Positions 17,973 to 25,929 of a DNA stretch of 64,000 bases are shown here, piece after piece. The stretch is from Candidatus Nomurabacteria bacterium. Lineage in GTDB: Bacteria > Patescibacteriota > Minisyncoccia > Phycocordibacterales > UBA9973. The notes under the pieces are model-generated. The model was not told the DNA's origin. It made no database searches and saw only the letters and a program-made list of their open reading frames with translations. A program made the translations under genes and the position numbers. The DNA is taken from positions 9,462-73,461 of the forward strand of contig JAHFNO010000005.1 of the NCBI GenBank assembly GCA_023267275.1, in the 5' to 3' direction. How positions within the stretch are numbered: the first letter of the stretch is position 1; the number at the start of each line of letters is the position of its first letter.

Positions 17973-18623
17973 ATGGTATTTAATCCTGAAGATCATAATG
18001 AAGAAAAGGAATTTCTCGGTAAAAATAAAAAATCGATGAAATTTGTGCGCGGTGAAAATGCAGTAGATACAAGGCTTGAGCAGGCAATTGATACTGATAC
18101 ATTGCATGAGTTTATTTCTCCAGAAAATGGTGGCGCACAGTTTGAAGAAGGCAAGCAGACTAAGGATGATTACGAGGCAAAAAAGAAACAGTTTGAGGAG
18201 CGAGAGGTCTTGGTAAAAAGGGAAATCGAAAAACAGTATGCGAAGTATTTCCATGAAAACGATGAAAAAGAAAAACCTGAGGCGGTCGCTGAAGAAGATA
18301 CAAATGAGACTACACTCCCCGGACGTGAATCGATAGCCTCTCGGTATAGAGGAGTGAGTCGGAATAAAGTTCTTTTTAGAACAAGAGAAAGACATTCTCG
18401 ACCCAATGGTACAAAAAGTAATAATAACGGTAAAGATAATTTTAAAACTCTACCTGCTTCATTGAAGATAAAATCTTGGAAGGATAAAATTAGAAACTTT
18501 TTTCATTTTCAAGGTCCACATACAGATATAGATCCTTGGGAGGTACACGAAGACCAGTTAGAGGAGCAAGACAAACAAAGAGAAAAAAATATTGAAACAC
18601 TTATGAAAGGTTTCAAAGAATAA
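17973..18623 (+). CDS. Hypothetical acidic/charged protein
   Basis: 216-aa Lys/Glu-rich ORF followed by the terminator aataatccc-aacctc-gggattatttttttt at 18636-18665. Confidence 0.5.
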   Translation: MVFNPEDHNEEKEFLGKNKKSMKFVRGENAVDTRLEQAIDTDTLHEFISPENGGAQFEEGKQTKDDYEAKKKQFEEREVLVKREIEKQYAKYFHENDEKEKPEAVAEEDTNETTLPGRESIASRYRGVSRNKVLFRTRERHSRPNGTKSNNNGKDNFKTLPASLKIKSWKDKIRNFFHFQGPHTDIDPWEVHEDQLEEQDKQREKNIETLMKGFKE

Positions 18624-19110
18624 TAGTGCTAAAAAATAATCCCAACCTCGGGATTATTTTTTTTGTCATATATAAAAATATTTTTTAAATTTCGTTCTCC
18701 ATTTTTCCGCTTCTTTTTTTGAACGCATAAGCGTAATTTTTGTTGGGTCATTTCAGTATTTAGAATCGATTGTCGCAATCAAACACTCGTATGACACAGA
18801 TGCTAGTTTTAAAGAAGCGATTCGCTCTACAACACGAAATGTTTTGCTTCATGCTGGCAAGACAGAAATTACTGATGAATTGATTGATTACGGTGTGCTT
18901 TTTCTCTTACAAGAGCTTGCCTTTATTGCATATGCACCGAGTATTCTCAAAAAAGAAAAAATAGCATACGTATATCATCAAACAATGGATGTACTCAAAA
19001 AAACGCTGAGCGGTATGTATTCATTTCTAGCCAATCCTAATGTCGGATTTGTTACTGTGCAGTAAAAAATTAAAAACTCCCTCATGTGAGGGAGTTTTAT
19101 AATATAAGTA

Positions 19111-19683
19111 CTATCTCTTTCTTCGCATCAATATCACTGCAACCAAGATTACGTTGAGTACAGTGAGGGTGATGGGGAAGAGCCAGGTTTCGAGCGTATA
19201 GGATTCGAGTGCGAAGAATGCGATGAAAAATTTTAGTCCGTTTAATGCGAACGTGACCACGGTTTCTTGTTTTGGATGGAGGTACGCGTTGTGAAGGGTT
19301 GGAATAAATCCGATCGCGTATGTTGTACAGGTCAGCACGATTGCGAGGATTGGATTGTCGGTGCGAAGCCACAGGAAGAGCGTGATGAACGCGCCGGCGA
19401 GTGGAAGCCAGTCATACAGTGTGAAGTGTTCGTCGCATTTGAAAAATGAAACGAGTGCAATCGTAAAACACATGACTGCAGTAAAACCGGTAATCCAAAC
19501 TCCTGATCCACCATGCGCACCACTTTGCACGGAAAATGCGATTGCTGAAAGTACACCCCAGATAAACCAAGAAATTGTTCGAGGAATTGTTCCTCGTTTG
19601 AATATGTTGAAGAAATAATCAGAATAACTGATTACTGCAATACCTATCGGTATGATTCCAAGAATTTCTTTGTACTCGTGCAT
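19111..19683 (-). CDS. Polytopic membrane protein, hypothetical
   Basis: Five or six hydrophobic helices. Bidirectional terminator aaactccctcacatgagggagttt at 19066-19095. Confidence 0.6.
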   Translation of the reverse strand: MHEYKEILGIIPIGIAVISYSDYFFNIFKRGTIPRTISWFIWGVLSAIAFSVQSGAHGGSGVWITGFTAVMCFTIALVSFFKCDEHFTLYDWLPLAGAFITLFLWLRTDNPILAIVLTCTTYAIGFIPTLHNAYLHPKQETVVTFALNGLKFFIAFFALESYTLETWLFPITLTVLNVILVAVILMRRKR

Positions 19684-19814
19684 CCCGTTAGAGATAGGAA
19701 ATTAAAAAATTTCCGTCATGGATTAAACTGATAATTGTATTTTTTATAGATATTTTTACCGTAAAAATTATTCCAGATAGAAACAGGACCGTCTCTAACG
19801 GGATGTATGAGTGA

Positions 19815-20378
19815 CTACGCAACAATATCTTTTCTACCAAATAATTTTCCCCCATGCCATGGAGTGCCGAGGGCGGGAAGTACGAAGAAATCAAATCCAA
19901 CATAGCCCGCAATTTTCCAGGCGAGGATAATTCCAATGCTGAGGGTAAAGAGAATCGGATTTACACTGACAGTGCCCGCAAGAAGGTAGTTGAGATTCAT
20001 AAAGAGTCCAAAGAATGCGGCGATACCAGTGAGAAGTCCAATGATGAGGGCTACACCGACGAGCAATTCACCCCATGCAACGAGATGTGACCAAAAAGCT
20101 GCGTGAGGAAGTACGACGTTTTGTAAAAAAGCTCCATACCAACCAGAAACATCTGGGTGTGCACCATTTATTTTTTGTAATGCACCTTGTACGAAGCCTG
20201 AAACTGCGGGGCCAGCGTTTGGACCAACCCAAACAGGGTTGTGAATCTTCTCCCAACCTGCCATAAGCCATTCGTATCCGACATACACGCGTACAATGAG
20301 CCAGAACCACGCCATTTTTGTATTAGAGAATAAAAATTTTGATACAGGAGACTCTTCGATGATGATATTTTTTGACAT
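19815..20378 (-). CDS. DoxX-family membrane protein
   Basis: RVYVGYEWLMAGWEK and overall DoxX topology. Confidence 0.75.
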   Translation of the reverse strand: MSKNIIIEESPVSKFLFSNTKMAWFWLIVRVYVGYEWLMAGWEKIHNPVWVGPNAGPAVSGFVQGALQKINGAHPDVSGWYGAFLQNVVLPHAAFWSHLVAWGELLVGVALIIGLLTGIAAFFGLFMNLNYLLAGTVSVNPILFTLSIGIILAWKIAGYVGFDFFVLPALGTPWHGGKLFGRKDIVA

Positions 20379-20779
20379 AGAGATAATAAATTAAGAATTA
20401 GGAATTTTTACACAAAACACCCGAATGATGAACCATATTTATTAAAAATAATTACATTTTGACCTTTACAAAAAAATATATTACCAGTGGAATGCTTCGT
20501 ATGAGTATTGCAGTGTAATGCTCTAAAATTACTCAACGAAAAACAAGAGAAAAAATGAGTTATCCACTATTGCTGGTGGTTCGACGGGGGATGTATACTG
20601 TGCAAACAGTTTGAGATTTGTTCATCGATTGGAAGTATACACCCGTGCCGTTTTTTGTGCCAGATTTCTTTCTTGTTTGCGTGAGAAGTTCATTTTCGCT
20701 TATTTGTATAATCACCAATAAGCGTTTTTATCGCCCGTATCCCTATCGAATTCTATTATTAGGTCAGCTGTATAATTGT

Positions 20780-21316
20780 ATGAGAAAAAAGAATTGGTTT
20801 GCATATACCCTTGGGCTTGCACTGTGCTTTTTTGTTCGTCTGATTCCGTTCCGTGCCCCCAATGTAGAACCAATTCTCGCCGCACAAATGCCATTTTCTC
20901 GCGTCTACGGCGCATTCTCTGGCTTTCTCTTCGGTTTTGCGAGTATCGTCTTGTTTGATTTTGTCACACAGCGCGTAGGAATCTGGACACTCATTACAGC
21001 ATTTACATACGGATTTTTGGGTCTTGGTGCAAATCTCTATTTTAAAAACAAAGAAAACAGTGCTCGCTCATACGTCACCTTCGCTATCTTCGCCACACTT
21101 TTCTATGACGCAATTACCGGACTCACTGTGGGACCACTCTTTTTTCATGAATCATTCATGATTGCGCTTGTCGGACAGATACCATTTACTGCACTCCATC
21201 TTTTAGGAAATATTTCCTTCGCATACTTTATTAGTCCGAGTTTGTATCGAGTGCTCACCAGTGAAAGAGAAACAACACGTGCAATTATTAGTAACCCTCT
21301 TATCAAACTTTCATAA
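20780..21316 (+). CDS. Small six-TM membrane protein, possibly an ECF S-component / BtuM-like vitamin transporter
   Basis: About 178 aa with six predicted helices and S-component-like size. Located 6 bp upstream of AdoCbl-dependent nrdJ. Function assigned from context only. Confidence 0.45.
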   Translation: MRKKNWFAYTLGLALCFFVRLIPFRAPNVEPILAAQMPFSRVYGAFSGFLFGFASIVLFDFVTQRVGIWTLITAFTYGFLGLGANLYFKNKENSARSYVTFAIFATLFYDAITGLTVGPLFFHESFMIALVGQIPFTALHLLGNISFAYFISPSLYRVLTSERETTRAIISNPLIKLS

Positions 21317-21321
21317 TATTT

Positions 21322-23649
21322 ATGGCAAAGAAAACAATCAAAAAAGCAAAAGCTTCGGTCGCAAAGAAAAGTGCAAAAGCAGTAAAAGCTTCTAAGGATG
21401 CAAAGATTACTTTGATTCAGAAGCGTGATGGAAACGTAGTTCCATTTTCTATTGAACGAATCGAGCGTGCCGTATTGAAAGCGTTTGGTGCCACAAACGA
21501 AGGAGGGGAGAAGGAAGCAAAAAGTGTTGCTGATAAAGTGGTGCATATCCTTGCGCATCACAAAGAAGAAGCAGGCAAAGGATATGTTCCACACGTTGAA
21601 CGTGTACAAGACTTTGTTGAACAGGCATTGATCGCTCTTTCATTTCCTGTTACTGCCAAGGCATACATTCTCTACCGTGAAGAACGCGCTCAGAAACGAA
21701 AGGCAGGCGTGTTTGTACCTGAAAAAGTAAAGGAGCTCGTAGCACAAAGTAAAAAATATTTCCGCAATCCTTTGGCCGAGCTCGTGTACTATCGTTCGTA
21801 TTCCAATTGGATGAGCGAGGAAGGCCGCCGCGAAACTTGGATTGAAACAGTCGACCGCTACATTTCATTTATGAAAGAAAATCTCGGTTCAAAACTTTCA
21901 AATGCCGAATATGCAGAAGTACGTGAAGCCATCCTCAATCATGAAGCACTTCCATCAATGCGTCTTTTGCAGTTTTCCGGAAAAGCAGCGCATCGTACAA
22001 ATGTGTGTGCATACAACTGTTCATTTATTGCTCCGCAATCATTCCAGGATTTTGCTGAAATTATGTACATCTCCATGTGTGGAACTGGTGTGGGTTGGTC
22101 TGTAGAAAGTCGCAATATTCAAGCGCTTCCTCAGGTACAAATGCAAACAGGCAAAAAACTCCCAACGCATATCGTGGTGGATAGTAAGGAAGGTTGGGCA
22201 GATGCATTCTCTCTTGGAATGAAAACATGGTACGAAGGAAACAATATTGATTTCAATTTCTCGTTGCTTCGTCCAGCCGGTGCTCGTTTGAAAACAATGG
22301 GAGGAAAGAGTTCTGGTCCTGCACCACTTCAAGCACTCCTCGAGTTTACTCGTGAACGTATTCTTCGTCGACAAGGACGTCACCTTACAAACCTCGATGC
22401 GCATGACATCATCTGTAAAATCGGAGACTGTGTTGTGGCTGGAGGAGTTCGTCGTAGCGCGATGATTTCACTTTCTGATCTTGATGATGAAGCAATTCGT
22501 GATTCAAAGAAAGGACAATTTTATCTCAACGAAGGTCAGCGTTCTCTCGCAAACAATTCTGCTGTGTATGAAGCAAAGCCAAGCACGGAAGAATTTTTGG
22601 ATGAATGGGTTTCTCTCGTGAAGTCCGGTTCCGGTGAGCGTGGAATCTTCAATCGTGGCGGTCTTGCAAAGACATTGCCAAAGCGCCGCCTCGATCAATT
22701 CAAAGGTGGTATCTATCCAGCATGGGGAACAAATCCATGTGGAGAAATTATTTTGCAGTCAAAACAATTTTGTAATCTTTCCGAAGTAGTGGCTCGCGCA
22801 GAAGACACAGAAGAGACACTCATGAAGAAGATTCGCATCGCAACAATTCTTGGAACATATCAATCTACACTTACATTCTTCCCATATCTTTCAAAAGAAT
22901 GGAAAAAGAATTGTGACAAGGAGCGATTGCTCGGAGTTTCGATCACTGGTCAGTGGGATAGTAGTACGGCGCGAAAGGCTGATGTTCTTGTTCGACTCAA
23001 GAATGAGGCGATTAAGGTCAACAAAAAGTACGCAGAAAAATTTGGTATCACACAATCTACCTGTATTACTTGTGTGAAGCCTTCAGGAACTGCATCACAG
23101 ACCGTGGATTGTTCAAGTGGAATGCACCCTCGTCATGCTCCATACTATATCCGTCGTATTCGTATTTCTGCGACAGACGCACTCTTCAAAATGCTTCGCG
23201 ACCAAGGTGTGCCGTATTATCCAGAAGTTGGACAGACAATGGAAAATGCATCAACCTTTGTTCTTGAATTTCCCGTAAAAGCTCCAGATGGTGCTATCTG
23301 TAAAGATGACGTCGATGCTATCACTCAACTCGAACACTGGAAGGTAGTAAAAGAAAATTATACTGAACACAATCCTTCTGTAACCGTTTCTGTAGGAGAA
23401 GATGAGTGGATCAAGGTGGGCAACTGGGTATATGAAAACTGGGACATCGTTGGTGGACTTTCATTCTTGCCTCGCAGTAATCACGTGTATCGACTCGCTC
23501 CATATGAAGCCATTACAAAAGAAAAATACGAAGAACTTTTGAAACAAGTAAGTCACATCGATTTCTCAAAGATTGTCACGTACGAGAAAGATGATGAGAC
23601 TGAAATTAAGAAGGAACTTGCTTGTGTTGCTGGTGTGTGTGAAGTGTAA
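21322..23649 (+). CDS. nrdJ: Class II (adenosylcobalamin-dependent) ribonucleotide reductase with N-terminal ATP-cone
   Basis: ATP-cone ITLIQKRDGNVVPFSIERIERAV; WGTNPCGEIILQS active-site motif; overall class II RNR architecture. Confidence 0.9.
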   Translation: MAKKTIKKAKASVAKKSAKAVKASKDAKITLIQKRDGNVVPFSIERIERAVLKAFGATNEGGEKEAKSVADKVVHILAHHKEEAGKGYVPHVERVQDFVEQALIALSFPVTAKAYILYREERAQKRKAGVFVPEKVKELVAQSKKYFRNPLAELVYYRSYSNWMSEEGRRETWIETVDRYISFMKENLGSKLSNAEYAEVREAILNHEALPSMRLLQFSGKAAHRTNVCAYNCSFIAPQSFQDFAEIMYISMCGTGVGWSVESRNIQALPQVQMQTGKKLPTHIVVDSKEGWADAFSLGMKTWYEGNNIDFNFSLLRPAGARLKTMGGKSSGPAPLQALLEFTRERILRRQGRHLTNLDAHDIICKIGDCVVAGGVRRSAMISLSDLDDEAIRDSKKGQFYLNEGQRSLANNSAVYEAKPSTEEFLDEWVSLVKSGSGERGIFNRGGLAKTLPKRRLDQFKGGIYPAWGTNPCGEIILQSKQFCNLSEVVARAEDTEETLMKKIRIATILGTYQSTLTFFPYLSKEWKKNCDKERLLGVSITGQWDSSTARKADVLVRLKNEAIKVNKKYAEKFGITQSTCITCVKPSGTASQTVDCSSGMHPRHAPYYIRRIRISATDALFKMLRDQGVPYYPEVGQTMENASTFVLEFPVKAPDGAICKDDVDAITQLEHWKVVKENYTEHNPSVTVSVGEDEWIKVGNWVYENWDIVGGLSFLPRSNHVYRLAPYEAITKEKYEELLKQVSHIDFSKIVTYEKDDETEIKKELACVAGVCEV

Positions 23650-23800
23650 AAAAGTTGAAAGTTTATAAAGTTCATAAAGTTGAAAGTCATACAAATGGAG
23701 ACACTCAAAGTTTGCATTCTTCTCCCTCTTTACCAAGGGGGAGATTAAGAGGGGGTGCATTTTCTTTATACTTTCAACTTTATACTTTATACTTATTCAT

Positions 23801-24358
23801 ATGCTCTACACTCGAAAAGGCGATAGTGGTACTACAAAAACATTTGGTTGCGATCAACGAGTTTCAAAAAGCTCGGCTATTGCTGAGGCACTCGGCTCGC
23901 TCGATGAAATCAATTCATTCCTTGGACTTTTGAAACTCAAAGCTGGCAGTGCTGTGTGGTCATTGCCAAACCAAGAACTTGCTGTGGCGGAAACTGTCAA
24001 TCGTATTCAACAAGATTTGTTTATCGTGCAGGCCGAACTCGCCGGTGCAGAAAAAACGATTGCTGAAGACAAGGTTAAATGGCTTGAATCCATTATTGAT
24101 GGAATAGAAAAGACACTGCCTCCTATCACCACATTCTTCGTCTCTGGTGGTACAGAACTCGCCGCACTTTCCGATGTTTGTCGCACAATTGTACGCCGTG
24201 CAGAACGCCGTGTGGTGGCCGTACAAGAGGAGGGAACTCGACCAGTGGGTGAATTTACTCGCGCCTACCTCAATCGTCTCTCAAGTGTATTTTACGCCTT
24301 TGCCCGCGAGGCAAATCATGTGACAGGTATAGTCGAAGAATCACCAAAGTATCAATAA
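23801..24358 (+). CDS. PduO-type ATP:cob(I)alamin adenosyltransferase
   Basis: MLYTRKGDSGTT...SAIAEALGSLDEINSFLG matches the PduO/MMAB N-terminal signature MKIYTRTGDKGETSL...EAYGTVDELNS. Confidence 0.85.
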   Translation: MLYTRKGDSGTTKTFGCDQRVSKSSAIAEALGSLDEINSFLGLLKLKAGSAVWSLPNQELAVAETVNRIQQDLFIVQAELAGAEKTIAEDKVKWLESIIDGIEKTLPPITTFFVSGGTELAALSDVCRTIVRRAERRVVAVQEEGTRPVGEFTRAYLNRLSSVFYAFAREANHVTGIVEESPKYQ

Positions 24359-24367
24359 AATTTTTAG

Positions 24368-25003
24368 GTGATGAAAAAAATCTATTTTGTCCGACATGGT
24401 GAGAGTGAGGGAAATGCAGGTCTTATACAACAAGACCGCTCTTCTCCGTTGACTAAAAAAGGCAAGGAGCAAGTTACTTCAGTTGCTCAACGTTTTATAA
24501 AACTTCCAATAGAAATCGTTTTAAGTAGTTCAATGATTCGAGCAAAAGAAACGGCAGAAATTATTTCCGGCACAACAAATGTGTCAATTGAATTCTCTGA
24601 TTTGTTTGCGGAACGTAGAAAGCCATCAATTATGTATGGAAAACGTAAAGACAATCCAGCTTCAGTAGAAGCATACAAAGATGTTGTTATAAATTTTCAT
24701 CTACCCGGATTTCGTCATTCTGATGAAGAAAATTTTGATGATTTAAAAAAACGTGCCCTTAGTGCACTAGCGTATTTATCAAATCGACCTGAAGAACACA
24801 TCGTTGTTGTTACACACGCTTATTTTTTGCGTATACTCATTGCCTGTGTTTTGTTTGGAGATACCCTGACTGGAGAAGAGTGTTCTCGATGTACTCAAAT
24901 TTTTTATGCTGAAAATACAGGGGTTACTATTATTAGTTATGATGCAGAAAAAGAGAATCCTTGGCGAATTTGGGTTTGGAACGACCATGCGCACCTAGAT
25001 TAA
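24368..25003 (+). CDS. Histidine phosphatase (PGAM) family protein; alpha-ribazole phosphatase (CobC)-like role plausible from context
   Basis: YFVRHGESEGN (RHG motif), SSSMIRAKETAEII, VVVTHAYFL. Confidence 0.75.
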   Translation: MMKKIYFVRHGESEGNAGLIQQDRSSPLTKKGKEQVTSVAQRFIKLPIEIVLSSSMIRAKETAEIISGTTNVSIEFSDLFAERRKPSIMYGKRKDNPASVEAYKDVVINFHLPGFRHSDEENFDDLKKRALSALAYLSNRPEEHIVVVTHAYFLRILIACVLFGDTLTGEECSRCTQIFYAENTGVTIISYDAEKENPWRIWVWNDHAHLD

Positions 25004-25064
25004 TGAGTTTTTTATCCCCACTTGCATGATTTTAAGAGAGGTGTACACTGCGAGAGTAGTTAAT

Positions 25065-25240
25065 AAAAAAATAGTTTGTGATTGGGGAAGTGAGGTTTGA
25101 ATCCTCCACAGTGCCGCTACGGTGATACCAAGACTCTCTTGGGAAGTCCGAATGCCAATCATAAATAGTGTGTCCCGAGCAGGAAATGTAGCGCGTGTTA
25201 AGCGCTCGTCTCTACAAAGTCCCTCGGAAGGGATTTTTTT
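25065..25240 (+). ncRNA. Cobalamin riboswitch with intrinsic-terminator expression platform
   Basis: tGGGGAAGTGAGGTTTGAATCCTCC...ACGGTGATAC...GGGAAGTCCGAATGCCAATC parallels the T. tengcongensis AdoCbl aptamer (GUGGGAAAGUGACGUGAAAUUCGUCC...ACGGUUAUACUCCGAAUGCCACC). Ends in the tccct-cgga-aggga hairpin plus T7 at 25220-25240, ~80 bp upstream of the DUF4430 gene. Confidence 0.75.
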
Positions 25241-25263
25241 GTTGTACAAATCTCGGTTTCTCC

Positions 25264-25305
25264 AATATCCGTTTTCACAAGTGGCCACTTGTGAAAACGG
25301 ATATT
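25264..25305. promoter_or_regulatory. Perfect 42-bp palindrome between riboswitch terminator and DUF4430 start
   Basis: aatatccgttttcacaagtgg/ccacttgtgaaaacggatatt with 21-bp arms and no mismatch. Contains TCACA-N10-TGTGA. No flanking T-run, so not a classic terminator. Confidence 0.4.
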
Positions 25306-25321
25306 AGAAAGAAGAAAAAAT

Positions 25322-25837
25322 ATGCATAAAAAATACACAATTTTCTCAGTTATTATTTTTGTTGCGATTCTCGCAGGCTTTTTTGCTATGACAAAAAAGC
25401 CTGCGCAAACACCAGCAGTTACTCCATCTACTCCTCCTGTATCTGTTGTACAAAATATCGGAGCGACAAAAAAAGAAACTCCCGCAACGCCTCCTTCAAC
25501 ACAAATCACAGAGAAAGATTCTGTTGCGAAGCCAACTCTTTCAGTAAGTCCTGACACCACTACAATCAAGCTTATTGTTGGAGACGCAACAACATCTCTT
25601 TCGGCTCCAACAAACAGCTCTTTGTATCAGATGCTCAAGATTGCTCAAATGCAAGGACAAATTACATTTTCTGGAAAACAATATTCAGGACTTGGATTTT
25701 TTGTGACTGCAATCGGTGGTTTGCAAAGCGGGGGAGGAAAGAATTTGTTGTATTACATTAATGGCAAAGAGGCGTCGGTCGGCGTGTCTACCTATATTCC
25801 GCAAAACGGCGACGTTGTGGAGTGGAAATTAGAATAA
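25322..25837 (+). CDS. DUF4430 (transcobalamin-like beta-domain) lipoprotein/surface protein, putative cobalamin binder
   Basis: Signal-anchor then YQMLKIAQ...GLGFFVTAIGGL...LLYYINGKEASVGVSTYIPQNGDVVEWKL matches the DUF4430 pattern. Directly downstream of the cobalamin riboswitch. Confidence 0.6.
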   Translation: MHKKYTIFSVIIFVAILAGFFAMTKKPAQTPAVTPSTPPVSVVQNIGATKKETPATPPSTQITEKDSVAKPTLSVSPDTTTIKLIVGDATTSLSAPTNSSLYQMLKIAQMQGQITFSGKQYSGLGFFVTAIGGLQSGGGKNLLYYINGKEASVGVSTYIPQNGDVVEWKLE

Positions 25838-25840
25838 AAA

Positions 25841-25921
25841 TTTGGTCATTCCCGGCCTGACCGGGAATCCAGGCTAAATGAATTCAACCCTGGATCCTGA
25901 AACAAGTTCAGGATGACCCTA
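25841..25921. repeat. Composite REP-like hairpin pair
   Basis: gtcattcccggcctgaccgggaatccaggc then ggatcctgaaacaagttcaggatgaccc. The same composite recurs at 54453-54535 (gtcattcccggctagaccgggaatccaggc ... ggatcctgaatcaagttcaggatgaccc). Confidence 0.65.
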
Positions 25922-25929
25922 AAAATTTT

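Noticed and set aside
18844-19065. 73-aa plus-strand ORF with alternative start
   Set aside because: No ATG in frame, no recognisable domain, and it lies in an otherwise ORF-poor spacer before a bidirectional terminator. Possibly a gene remnant; not reported as a feature.
20380-20780. Second cobalamin riboswitch upstream of the membrane transporter-like gene before nrdJ
   Set aside because: No GGGAA...GGTG..AA.TCC...GCCA(CTG) core could be found. CCAGTGG is on the wrong strand for a B12 box. Left as a suggestion to scan with a covariance model.
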